Assembly: GCF_004010195.1 (NCBI RefSeq)
Contig: NC_057752.1
Span: forward strand, 1,867,976 to 1,910,724
DNA from: Chiloscyllium plagiosum
Lineage: Eukaryota
Reading direction: 5' to 3'
DNA: 42,749 nt
In this document: in pieces, positions 31,222 to 42,654 of the stretch
Position numbering within the stretch: position 1 is the stretch's first letter
Layout: each line of letters starts with the position of its first letter
Notes under the pieces: generated by a model
Databases searched by the model: none
What the model was told of the DNA's origin: nothing
The model's input: only the letters and a program-made list of their open reading frames with translations
Program-made: the position numbers and the translations under genes

Positions 31222-31720
31222 AGAAACTTGAAAGGGTTCAGAAAAGATTTACAAGGATGTTGCCAGGGTTGGAGGATTTGAGCTATAGGGAGAGGCTGAA
31301 TAGGCTGGGGCTGTTTTCCCTGGAGTATTGGAGGCTGAGGGGTGACTTTATAGAGGTTTACAAAATTATGAGGGGCATGGATAGGATAAACAGACAAAGT
31401 CTTTTCCCTGGGGTCGGGGAGTCCAGAACTAGAGGGCATAGGTTTAGGATGAGAGGGGAAAGATATAAAAGAGACCTAAGGGGCAATTTTTTCACACAGA
31501 GGGTGGTACGTGTATGGAATGAGCTGCCAGAGGAAGTGGTGGAGGCTGGTACAATTGCAATATTTAAAAGGCATTTGGATGGGTATATGAATAGGAAGGG
31601 TTTGGAGGGATATGGGCCGGGTGCTGGCAGGTGGGACTAGATTGGGTTGGGATATCTGGTTGGCATGGACAGGTTGGACCGAAGGGCCTGTTTCCATGCT
31701 GAACATCTCTATGACTCTAT
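31222..31720 (+). mobile_element. young 5'-truncated CR1 LINE
   Basis: ORF 31257-31640 is an intact ORF2 C-terminus; ctctatgactctat tail. Confidence 0.95.
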
Positions 31721-32004
31721 AACTTACATCTTGTTTGCATTTTAAAAAGGTGCTTTAACAGTCTACATGAAACCCAACTGATTGCCAAGCACTGAGGATC
31801 ACAGTGAAGATTTCCACTTTAACTTCATTGACCAGAAAATCTAAAAAGTGTACTTGATGTGTTTATACTTTTGCTGTTGATTGTGCGCAGTGACTTCCCT
31901 TTCACTGAACCATGTCTCACCGTTTTGAGGAAAGAAACTTTGCGAGTGTTTATCTGGGGTGGAGACACTGCTCTTTCAGCTCCACAAGATGCATTTCACC
32001 ATTG

Positions 32005-32357
32005 GGCTGTCACTGGGTGAGTAATCCAGAGGCCCAAGGCCAATACAGGTCCCACCACGTCAGCTGGTGGAATTTAAATTCAATAAATAGATCTGGAAGT
32101 CGAAAGCTAGCCTCAGTGATGGTAACCGTGACAACTATCATCGATTGCTGTAAAAACCCTTCTGGTTCACTAATGTCCTTTCAGGGAAGGAAATCTTAGC
32201 TGGTCTGGCCTCCACGTGACTCCAGACCCACAGCAATTTGGCTGACTTTCAACCACCCTCTGAAATGACTGAGCAAACCACTCAGTTCAAGGGGAAATTA
32301 GGGACAGACAATAATTGTTGGTCTTGCCAGTGATGACCACATCCCATGCCAGAATAA
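32005..32357 (+). mobile_element. SINE family B copy
   Basis: agtaatccagaggccca...ggaatttaaattcaataaat...ctggttcactaatgtcctttcagggaaggaaatct...ggtcttgccagtgatgaccacatcccatg. Confidence 0.8.
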
Positions 32358-33249
32358 GTGCAGGGCAAGAGGATATTGGGTCAATCCCTCACTTCCCTTG
32401 GTTGCTACCTTGAGCTACACTGACCAAGTCAATGGGTCCTCCAGCCCGGTGGGAAATGGTACTGGGGGGGGGGGTGGAATTAGTGGCGGACACCTGGGGG
32501 AGAAAGCTTCCAACATTCAGCTGGAGAATAAAACAGTTCATCCAATACAGGATGCTGGTCAGGCAGTGTGACAGGTCAGAGGCAATGAAGGCGTTTACAG
32601 AGGTAGTGATGAGACAGAGCAGACATATTGGTGGAAACTGATGTGTGCCTGGAAGTCCCCAAGTAGCATCATGGAGCTGGGAGACTCGGGGAGGATTCAA
32701 GAATAGATCCTTGGGTTTGGGCTGGGTTCTGTAGATCATCCACTGGGGATGCTTTCAGCTGCGAATGAATCCTCCCTGTGTACAGCAGTCACTGGGAAGT
32801 AGCTGGAAGTGTTTGAACGGACAATGTACCCTCCTATATCCTGATAGCTTATGGTGACAGATTTTGCCCCATCTTGTCAATGGGAAAGCCCTGACAAGCA
32901 TGGCTTCCAAATCACCCACTTTAATCAGAAACAGGACCCCCCCGGTGTCCGGTTCCTGAGCTGCATCAAGTTGTAATGACTGCAGAGTGTCAAAGTGCTG
33001 GCTGATTGATATGGCAAGCTGTCAGCCTGAAGGATGTTGTGGATCTGGCTATTTCAATCAGCACTTTTATGTCATGTCCTAGCCCTTTGTGTTCATTAGG
33101 GTCATGTGTTCAACACAAGGAAACCACTTCCCCATGATCTTCACTTGAGGGACTCTTGCAATGAAGATGTGTTGTTTTTCCTTTTATCAAAAATAAGATG
33201 TAACCCAGTGTAGCCCTCCTCAGAGTTGATCAATAGTTAAGATTACAGG

Positions 33250-33980
33250 TAAATGTGAGGTGTGTTGCACAATCAGGGCATGACTTACTGGTAAGGCCTT
33301 GGGGAGTGTTGGTGAAGAGAGAGACCTAGGGCTGCAGGTTCCTTGAAAGTAGTATCACAGTTGGACAGGGTGGTTTGGTATTTGGCATGCTTGCCTTTAT
33401 CGATCAGAGCATTGAGTTAGAACGTCATGTTATGGCTGAACAAGACATTGGTGAGGCTACCTTTGGAGTACTGCATCCAATTCTGAGCACCCTGCTATAG
33501 GAAGGATGTTACTAAACTGGAAAGGGTGCCAAAATGGTATAGAGGATGCTACTGAGACTGGAAGGCTTGCGTTGTAAGGAGAAGCTGGATAGGCTGCATT
33601 TTTTTCCCTGCAACGTAGCAGGCTGAGGGGTGATCTTACTGAGGCACATCAATAAGGTGAATATCCAGGGTCCTTTTTCCCAGGGAAGGGGAGTCCAAAA
33701 TAGAGGGCATAGGTTTAAGGTGAGAGGGGAAAGATTTAAAAGGGACCTGAGGGATAACATTTTTCATGCAGAGGGTGGTGCCTATGTGGAACGAGCTGCC
33801 AGAGGAAGTGACAGAGACGAGTACAATTATAGCAGTTAAGAGACATTTGGACAGGTACGTGGTTTAGAGGGATATGATCCAAACGTAAGAAAATGGGACT
33901 AGTTCCATTTAGTTGGAAACCTAGTGGGCATGGATGGGTTGGGCCAAAGGGTCTGTTTCTGTGCTGTGTGCTCTATTACT
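33250..33980 (+). mobile_element. degraded CR1 LINE fragment
   Basis: agagagacctagggctgcaggtt...agagggcataggtttaaggtgagaggggaaagatttaaaagggacctgagg...gggtctgtttctgtgctgt; homologous to 9486-10376. Confidence 0.88.
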
Positions 33981-34105
33981 GTAAGTTTCAAAGGTGAGGC
34001 ATATGATACAAAGTGACTGGTGTGCACATCAGTGCTGCAGGCACTCAGGATGTGGCTGTTAAACAAGGGCTGACCAATTGGTAAAGGTTAGTGCAAGTAC
34101 CGGGA

Positions 34106-34225
34106 GGCTCATGTGGTACAGTGGTAGTGTCCCCACCTCTGGACCTAGGTGCTCCTGGGTTCAAGTCCCACCTGCTCCAGTGGTGTGTCATAACATCCCT
34201 GAACAGGTTGGTTAGGAAAATATCT
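34106..34225 (+). mobile_element. short tRNA-derived SINE (family D)
   Basis: A box tggtacagtggtag and B box gggttcaagtccc. Confidence 0.65.
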
Positions 34226-34644
34226 GGCACTGGTGCCGGTGAGATCCCTTTGCAACTTGAATCTGGATCTTCGAGAGAGATGAGGTGAATCTCAGCAAAA
34301 CAAAGAAAGTGCAGGCCTTTTTGAACAACAACACAAGGCCGAGAGCTCCGATATTTCTCAAATGGGTGGTTTCTGGGTGTGCCATTTCCGAACCATGTTT
34401 TTGACAGAAGCAAGGTGCTCCTGGGACATGTTCTGAATGGGGTTGTTTTTAAAAAAACAGTCCGTCTTGGAATACCTCAGAATAGCTGCATATACCACAC
34501 TATCACCCAGCTTGTTGTCTTAGACAGGAAATTGGGTGTAACACGTGGAGTTGAAGGGTATCTTGTAACTACAGTAACCAGTGATGCAGAACCATCAGAG
34601 CCAATTTCGCAGCAAACATGTTCGATTTCTTTAATTGAGGTGTT

Positions 34645-34995
34645 CAAAACGGAGGGGATTGGGCCGAGTAAGAAGGGGAGAAACTGTTCCCATTGGTGGA
34701 AGGGTCAAGAATGGGAGGGTCACAGGTGACTGATGAGAGAAGCAACGGCGAGACAGAGAGAAGCCTCATACAGTGTGTGGTTGGGGTGTGGAATACGCTG
34801 CCTGAGAGTGTGGGGGGAAGCAGTATCAGAGCAAGACTTTCCAGAGGGAACTGGATTGCTATCTTGAAAAGGGTAAAATGTGCTGGGTTACCGCGAGAAA
34901 CCAGGAGAATGGTACCAACTGAAGTGTCCATTTGGACAGCCTGCGTTGACAAAATAGGCTGAATGGCCTTCTTCGGTGCTGTTACAATTCTGACA
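34645..34995 (+). mobile_element. CR1 3' fragment
   Basis: LIEVFK...LFPLVEGSRMGG...VVGVWNTLPE; tail ggctgaatggccttcttcggtgctgt. Confidence 0.75.
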
Positions 34996-35149
34996 TGCCA
35001 TCAGAAATGGCAACTTGGGGATGGATGTATGAATCACTGGAGACAAGACATTGCATGTGCTTGAGGGGATGAGGGAACTTGGGCCTGCGCTTCCCAAAAC
35101 CCTTCCCCACTGGGGACTTTCCTCCCTTGGATCTGTTCAGGTCTGTTGC

Positions 35150-35370
35150 CAGAGAGCTGAACAGGGTCCGGAACTCACTGCCTGAAAGGGTGAGGGAGTT
35201 CAAAACTCTCAAAACAATGAAGCAGCATCTAGATGTTCACTTTTGTTGCCATGGCCTCCCGGGCTATGGGCTAAGAGCTGAAAAATGAAACATTGGTGCA
35301 CTCTGATCTTTGTTGACCACTGAAGACACAGTGAGCCAAATGGCCACCTTCTGTGGTATAATTGTCTATG
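35150..35370 (+). mobile_element. CR1 3' fragment
   Basis: ggaactcactgcctgaaagggtg...ggctatggg...gacacagtgagccaaatggccaccttctgtg. Confidence 0.6.
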
Positions 35371-35961
35371 AGTCCACGAGCTTGGTATTTGTCGCAAGTA
35401 TTGCTCAGGCTTGGCCAATAGAGCACTTCTCTTCCCTTCCTCAGGTTCGATTCAGTTCCCTGATGGCTTCAGTATCTCGTTTCTCATCTCCATAGCATTA
35501 AGGACTCCATTTCTTTTGCACAAGATGCCATTTTGGGCTCTCACTTCATCTCACTTCATCACTTGCGAGAGCAAGAAGTATGCGTCGTCCAGTACTTTAT
35601 CATTCGATCAAGCAGTGATCAAGGTAATAGGAGGAAACCTGACCGACCATGACCCTTTCCAGGCTTACACTGATGTTTGTAAGCTCAGAGGTTCACGCCG
35701 TGGCAAGGGTAAATAGAGTTTGACATCTGAGGACTAAGACACGGGCTCATCCCACCTCATCCCAATCTCCATCTCATTAGGATCCAAGTGCTGCTCAAAT
35801 TTAATATTAGAAGGAAGCTGAGATGACAAAAAATAAGTGAAGGTGGAGACATTTTTGAACTTTCTGCTGTATTGGTTAAATCCCTCACATAAATTATCCA
35901 TTGATGCATAATTGAAATCCTTTGCTTCAAAATAAAGCATAAATCACCTGTGAATGTTAAC

Positions 35962-36286
35962 ATTGAATCCCTACAGTGTGGAAACAGGCCCGTCGGCCTA
36001 ATGAGTCCACAGGGATCCTCCAAAGAGTAACCCACCCAGACCCAGTCCCCTTACCCCATATTTACCCCTGACTAATGCACCTAACCTACACATCCTGAAC
36101 ACTATGGGCAATTTAGTCCAGCCAATTCACAAAATCTGCATGTTTTTGGACTGTGGGAAGAAACTGGAGCAAACCAACACAGACACGGGAAGAACATGCA
36201 AACTCCACAGAGACAGTCACCCAAGGCTGGAATCGACCCTAGATCCCTGGTGCCATGAAGCCACAGTGCTAACCACTCTGCCACCC
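35962..36286 (-). mobile_element. HE1-type V-SINE
   Basis: Homologous to 26433-26748 over its whole length. Confidence 0.9.
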
Positions 36287-36651
36287 AGGAAAACAGTGCT
36301 CAAGGCTGGGATAACCTTCATATAGAGCCATATAATTTATTTTTAGGACAGCTCAGTGTATTTTACTTATAAATTACTTGTTTTTATTTTCGAAGGGATA
36401 CTACACAGGGTTATGAAGCTAAATGTGGGAGCTAGTTTGCATATTGCAAAGTGCCACTGATGTCACTGAGCAAATCTTCTATTTTCAGTGATTTGGTTGA
36501 AGTGACCGATTTTGATCAGGAGACCAGGTAAACCCGCCTGGGCAATCACACTTGCCCTTCCTTTCCTCCCCTCCCTCTTCACTGTCCAACACCCCAGACA
36601 CACCTTCCGGGCGAAACAACTTGTCATCCTTTCAATCGAGTCGACTGCATT

Positions 36652-36766
36652 AAAAACCGAAAGAACTGTGGATGCTGTAAATTAGAGGTTGCTGGAAAAG
36701 CTCAGTAGATCTGGCAGCATCTGTGAAGAGAATTCAGAGTTAACGTTGACCCTTCTGTTTTTGATG
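36652..36766 (-). mobile_element. pLTR-derived short element inserted into the Penelope remnant
   Basis: Reverse strand aacgttaactctg...cacagatgctgccagatctactgagcttttccagc; flanked by gtcgactgcatt and gtctaatgcatt (10/12 identical). Confidence 0.65.
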
Positions 36767-37238
36767 GTCTAATGCATTCACTGCTCACAATGTGGTCTCC
36801 TTTACATTGGCGAGACCAAACACAGACTGGGTGACCACTTTGCGGGACACCGGCATCTCCAAATCTTTTCTCTTGAGGTACTTGACAGCCTTGAAGGTTC
36901 AATATTGAACTCCATTACTTCAGAAACTGACTGCCTTGTGTCTGTTTTCCAGTTTTAGACCATTCTCTCCCCCTCCCTCAGCACTTAGTCTTGTTTGTGG
37001 CTTGTTCGCTTTGCTGCCCATACACAGGGCCCATTCTCTCCCTTTCACCCCTTCATTCACATCCAGCTTACGTCTCTTCTTCTCTTTCTCTCCCATTACC
37101 AATCCCCTTGTCTTCTCCACTGGGACTCCACACCACCTGCTTGCCCATTGCCTCTGACAAAAATAATTCAGAAACCATTTACCAACAACTTTCAGCTCTG
37201 AAGGAGAGTCAGACCAGACTTGAAAGATTAACTCTGTT

Positions 37239-37393
37239 TCTCTCTCTCTCTCTCTGTCTCTCTCTGTCTCTCTCTCTCTGTCTCTCTCGCTCTCTCTCTC
37301 TCTCTGTCTCTCTCTCTTTCTCTCTCTGTTTCTCTTTCTCTCTCTCTCTGTCTCTCTCTCTCTCTTTCTCTCTGTCTCTCTCTCTCTCTCTCT
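37239..37393. repeat. (CT)n microsatellite with interruptions
   Basis: Seen directly; it generates the spurious RE-repeat and LS-repeat ORFs. Confidence 0.95.
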
Positions 37394-37794
37394 ATACAGA
37401 TGCTGCTGAGTTTCTTTAGTATTCCCTGTGTTGGTTTCAGATGTCCAGCATCTGCAGGATTTTGCTTCTGACCAGGTAAACTGCCCGCATTTCCCGAAAT
37501 AATGGTACTGGGTTCATTCTGTGTGGGCGTCACCCATCAGAAATGGGAGTTGAACCTCGCTTTTGAGTGTTTGATCATGGTTCAAAGCTTCAATGACAAC
37601 ATAAAATAGAAAGTGTGAATGGATCAGCTTACATCATCACACCAGAAGGTACAGCAGATGTTCACAACACAGCGCAAAAGAAAACTCACAGTCAACCTGA
37701 TACCATTTCCAAACAATGAGTGGTTAGGGTCTGGAATGCACTGCCTGGGAATGTGGGGGAGGCAGAGTCATCCAAGACATTTAAAAGGAATTTT

Positions 37795-38200
37795 TAAAAA
37801 TTCATTCATGGGACATGGGTGTCACTATTTGGCCAGTATTTCTTGTCCCGTCCCTAGTTGCCCCCCTTGAGAAGGTGGGGGTGCGCTGCCTTCTTGAACC
37901 ACTGCAGTCCATGTGCTGTGGGTAGACCCACAATGCCCTGAAGGAAGGAATTCCAGGATTTTGACCCAGCAACACTGAAGGAACAGCGATATATTTCCAA
38001 GTCAGGGTGGGGAGGGACTTGGAGGGGAACTTGCAGGGGGTGGTGTTCCCCTGTATCTGCTGCCCTTGTCCTTCTAAGGTGGGATTGGTCATGGGTTGGG
38101 AAGGTGCTGTCTGAGGATCTTTGGTGATTTTCTGCAGGGTATTTTGTAGATAGCACACACTGCTGCTACTGAGCATCGGGGGTGAAGGGAATGAAATGGT
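37795..38200 (-). mobile_element. CR1-group LINE 3' end (second lineage)
   Basis: ORF 37854-38156 (RRTRAADTGEHH...SKSWNSF..GIVGLPTAHGLQWFKKAAHPHLLKG) plus a complete 3'UTR ending cccatgaatgaa. Confidence 0.85.
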
Positions 38201-38254
38201 TATTTGAAAGGAATAATGTGCAGCGTGATGGAGAGAAGCCAGGTGAATGGCCAT

Positions 38255-38400
38255 AAGGCCTTAAAATGAACGCAATGAGGCCATTCAGCCCATGGAGTCT
38301 GCTCTGCCACTTGACCATGACTGGTACATTTCTTCATCCCATTCTCCTGCCTTCTCCCCATAGCCCTTGATTCCCCTTACGAATCAAGAACCTATCTTGT
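38255..38400 (-). mobile_element. CR1 3'UTR fragment
   Basis: aggccattcagcccatggagtctgctctgcca...ccttctccccatagcccttgattccc..aatcaagaacctatct. Confidence 0.7.
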
Positions 38401-39394
38401 GAGGAACTGAGATGTTCATTTGGAGAGCTGCTACAGACACAATGGGCTGAATGGACTCCTTCTGTGTCAGAACAATTCTGCGATGCTGTCACCCAAGTCT
38501 CACACGATCATATTCTTTTTCATCGACAAATTCAGCTGAGGCGCAACTCCGACCACAAGCAATTTAAAGAGGCGCGTTCGTTTTCTTTGTCTACTTCAGA
38601 GCAGTTTTCCAAACCTGCGAAGTTTTGGATGTACAAATCCCAGCTGACAAAAGGCCTTAAATTATTCTAATTGCATTTGGGAAGATTTACCAGCTGTGCT
38701 TCAGCAATCAAGCAACACCAGCATTAAATGACTCATAAAACTTTTACAATACAGTGAAACATTCAAATTGATTTTTTTTTCCCCTTCCGCTTACAAAATA
38801 AAGAACCTACAAAGGGGCACGAGAAATTTGTACACAGACTATTGGGATAATGTGACAATCAAGCTGTCAAGAGTAAGTCAATAGGACAGGGAAATAGGCT
38901 GAGTTTAAACAGAGGCCTCACTGCATCCTCCAGCATTTACACAAAATCTACCTGTTAGTCGTCTGCAACTGCTCACCAATGAGGCAATGCAAGTGCTCGA
39001 CAATCCAATCAAGTCCATGGCGAACATGCTTTGCATTAACTTGCTTTGAAGCTTCAATAGGTATCTGTTTTTTGAGGCCAAAGGATCTGTGATGTTGATA
39101 GCTGGACCATGAGGAAGGAATTATTACTTTCTGGCGTTGATAGAAGTAAGCAATTTTATCTTGTAGTCACAACAGAAATTGGTAAACAGGCATAAAAATT
39201 CCCAAGGTAACACTATCATTTCCTCGGCATATTAAAATTGCAAGCACTCTTGGAAGGTGTGCAGGAAAAAGAACCCTGTTAGATTCAGCTAACTCACCAG
39301 ACAAGACATTAAACCAAGGCTTCAGCAGATTTCTCAATGGATTCTGCAGCAGTAAATTTTGAAAGAATTGCAAGAGAGTTATCCTAAAAGCCCT

Positions 39395-39510
39395 TGTGAC
39401 CATTTATCCCTCTCCCAATATCACAAAAACAGATCATATGGTCATTATCATGTTGCTTTTGGTGGGAGCTTGCTGTGTGCAAAATGGCTGCTGTGTTGTC
39501 GACATGATTG
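39395..39510 (+). mobile_element. Deu-domain SINE remnant
   Basis: atttatccctc..ccaatatcac.aaaacagatcatatggtcattatca..ttgct.ttggtgggagcttgctgtgtgcaaaatggctgc matches the DeuSINE core as I recall it. Confidence 0.6.
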
Positions 39511-39525
39511 CGCTAACTGTGAACA

Positions 39526-39545
39526 GCACCACTAGGTGGCGCAGT
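39526..39545 (+). promoter_or_regulatory. candidate CTCF binding site
   Basis: CCACTAGGTGGCGC at 39529-39542 fits the CTCF core consensus CCAC/GYAGRKGGCRS at all key positions. Confidence 0.55.
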
Positions 39546-39852
39546 GCCTGCGTGGAAACGGAGGCATGCCATCATCTCACAGTCACAAAGTGGCAGCTGC
39601 CAGCAACCTCCATACGTGTTTTCTGTTTAACGCTATTTTCTAGCGGTTGAGACCCACACAAGGCTTTTCTGGAGCTGCCCACTCCAGCCCTCTCCCTCCA
39701 CCCAGCCAGAAACCCACAGATTGTGCATCTGACAAGCAAGCAACTGCCCACTCCCATGCACTCGCACCGTGGCAAGTTCCAAACACTATTGGACACAGCT
39801 GGCCTCCATATTGGTGAGTGATTGGCCAGTTGGCAAGGTCAGAGAGGGGAAG

Positions 39853-39985
39853 AGGCATTCCTGATGAAGGGCTTTTGCCCGAAACGTCGACTCTCCTGCT
39901 TCTTGGATGCTGCCTGACCTGCTGTGCTTTTCCAGCACCACACTCTCGACTCTGATCTCCAGCATCTGCAGACCTCACTGTCTCC
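39853..39985 (+). mobile_element. 133-bp non-autonomous Penelope-pLTR-derived element
   Basis: Flanked by a 14-bp TSD: TCAGAGAGGGGAAG (39839-39852) and TCAGAGAGGCGAAG (39986-39999). Body gatgctgcctgacctgctgtgcttttccagca...ccagcatctgca is shared with the other pLTR fragments. Confidence 0.85.
39857..39892 (+). ncRNA. minimal type I hammerhead ribozyme motif
   Basis: CTGATGA (39861-39867), A, GGGC-TTTT-GCCC hairpin, GAAA, CGTC; predicted cleavage 3' of C39888. Confidence 0.75.
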
Positions 39986-40104
39986 TCAGAGAGGCGAAGG
40001 TCCGCTGGCTACCAAGTGGCAAGGTGGGCTGATTAAGAGACCTATCTCAACGCTCCAGAACTTCAACTCAATCATGATAACGCCATAAAAAATATACGAA
40101 CAAA

Positions 40105-40660
40105 AAAGAAGGAACAAGAGTAGACCACTCGGCCCTTCTAGACTGTTCTACCATTCTATAAGATCGCGGCTGATCGGATTTTAACCTCATCTCTACATTC
40201 TTGCATATCCCCCGATAATCTTTCATCCCCCTTGGTCATCAAGAATCTGTCTCCCTCTGCCTTAAACACATTGAAAGATTCTGCATCCACTGCCTTTTGA
40301 GGAAGGGAATTCCAAAGACTCACAACCCACTGAGAGAAAAAAATGTTTCCTCATCTCCATCTTAAATGAGAGCCCCCTATATTTTAAAACAATGACTCTT
40401 AATTCTAGATTCTCCCACAACAGGAAACAACTTTTCCACATCCACCCGATAAAGTCCCCCTCAGGATTTTATGTGCCACCTCTGACTCATCTAAACTCCA
40501 GAGGATACAGGCCTAGCCTGTCCAGTCTTTCCTCATAAGGCAATCCACTTGTTCCAGGGATTAGTCCAGTAAACGGTTAGCAAACTGCTTCCAATACATT
40601 AACATTCCTCCATCAGTACGATGTCTACTACTGTACATTCTTGATGTGGTCTTGCCAATA
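40105..40660 (-). mobile_element. CR1 LINE 3' fragment
   Basis: ggaacaagagtagaccactcggccc tail; gggaattccaaagactcacaacc (WNSL on the reverse strand); tcttaattctagattctcccacaacagg. Confidence 0.8.
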
Positions 40661-40789
40661 TCCCGTAAAAACAAAATAAACTGCCCTTTCAGCCTCATAC
40701 CCACACAATCCCCATTCCCCATACATGTCACCTCATGCCCTCTAACCTTCCTGACTGCACCCAAGCCCTTTATTTCATCTCATGTCCCT

Positions 40790-41612
40790 CCACCAGGAGT
40801 GCATTGGAATAGTCAAACCTAGAGGTAATGACGGCATCAATGAGGGCTTCAGCAGTGGATGAGCTAAGAGCAGGATGAAGTCAGGCCTTGTGGAAAAGGG
40901 GTAGCCTTAGTGATGGCACAAGTTGGATGGTTATCTCAGGGTCAAACAGGATGGTTGTGAGCAGAATGGTTCAGTCTTAGACAGTTACCTGGACAGAGGG
41001 ATGGAGTCAATGGCAGAAGGGTAGGGTTTGTGAAGACAATGGCTTCAGTCTTCCCAATATTGAATTGGAGGAACTTTCTCCCCGTCCAGTCTGTTGGATA
41101 AGCGGTCTGATAATTCAGCGTGTGTGTGTGTGGTGCTCCAGAGAGAGAGTTGGTGAGGGGCAGAGTATAGATGAGAAATAGAAGGGGCATCAGGAGGGAT
41201 TGACGGGGAAATACCAGAAGGAATGGGAGTGCGAGCAGAAGCGGGAGAAACCACTGTAGGTGATTTGTTGGCTAAGATGAGAAGGATAAGAATGGAACCA
41301 GGAGAAAGGGCAGTTTCCCCCCCCCCACCACCCTCCCCAGTCACCTGGACAACAGTGGGGAGGTGTTGGAGGAGGATGGTATGGTCACCATGACAACTGT
41401 TGCGGATAGATCGAGGAGAGAAAGTTTACCTTTGCCCCGGTCACGCACAATGTCATTGGTCACTTTAACAAGAGCTGTACTGAGGCAGGGAGGGAAACCT
41501 GACTGGAAGGATTCCAACAGGGGCTTCAGGGAAGGATGGGAACGGATTTGGGAGGTGACAACACATTCAAGGACTTTGGACAGGGAAGGGAGGTGGGAGA
41601 TGGAGTAGCAGA
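40790..41612 (-). mobile_element. L2 LINE reverse-transcriptase remnant
   Basis: YSISHLPSLSKVLECVVTSQI...FQSGF..CLSTALVKVTNDI...LLDLSA and KFLQFNIGKTEAIVF are characteristic L2 RT motifs. Confidence 0.88.
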
Positions 41613-42654
41613 CGAGCATACAAATTACATCCAGCTGGCTTACAATGCCACAATCTCCCTCTTGTTGAAATTTGGGATGTTATGATCAAATAGATAATGC
41701 TCCAGTTGTATCCCACATGAGCAAAGACATGCATAATGAGCATTCCTGTCTAAACCCGATATGAGTTGCTGCTGATTTATAAGTATTTTAAATGGCTTCA
41801 GTTACAATATTATCGTGAAGACTGTCATAGTGAGTGAAAGGCGCCTGGTTCTCCATTTTTATGTTCGCCAACAATTCCGAACCTTACTTTATCACAAACC
41901 TGGACAATAAATCTGTAATTTGACAATTTAAAGAGGAAAAATTGAGTCATTTATCTTATTCTGGAATCAGTCAAAGCTCAGTCTCTGCGTTGCTCAACTT
42001 TAAATTTTCAGATGATTTGTCCTGAGTTGGGGCCCATTATATTCAATCGTTCCTTGCAATCACTGGATGATTTTGATTGCATCTAACAGTTCAAGCAGTT
42101 GAAAAATCTCAGTTCACGACATTCTCTGAAGCACCATTCTGTAACACACACACACACATCAAACAATGGCTATTTCACCAAAATCCAGATGAACTCAGAA
42201 TGTTACCACAGTGTGAGGTCTTTTCAAAGTCTGCAGCACACAAACAAATCTCTTTGTTAGCTGCTCCATGTCTGTCCCAAAACAAGTTATGCTTTCCCAA
42301 TTTCAAGGTGCTTTGCATCAACAACCTCCTCCTGGGGTCAGATGTTTCCCCACCCCCCTCACCTCTCATTTCCAATCTTTGCCAATCCTCCAAACTACCT
42401 CCACTCTTCCCTCCCTCAGCCTTTTCACAGTTCCAATTGCTGACAAGATGCTCACTCATGACATTACTCTTCAGCCCCAATCCACTTCCATTTCGAAACC
42501 TGCCTATGACCATCCCTGGAATGACCTCTCACCCAGGCACCCTCCAAATCGCAAACCATTGAGCCATCGACCTGCACGACCTTTCTGCAGCTCGCAACCT
42601 GCCTGAGCACACCGACACCTCATCTTTAATATCCCAGACCCCTGATACAACCGG

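Larger units (their letters stand above)
36545..37467 (+). mobile_element. Penelope-like (Neptune-type) remnant: GIY-YIG plus pLTR
   Basis: IHCSQCGLLYIGETKHRLGDHFAGH at about 36775-36850; degenerate C-terminus at about 36860-36920; pLTR with hammerhead-like core CTGAAGG-AGAGTC-loop-GACTT-GAAA at 37198-37225. Confidence 0.8.

Noticed and set aside
36991..37533. ORFs with LS and RE dipeptide repeats
   Set aside because: They are translations of the (CT)n microsatellite.
42300..42600. Highly decayed Penelope coding remnant or a 161-aa ORF
   Set aside because: Only a vague C-rich resemblance; no motif I can read with confidence.
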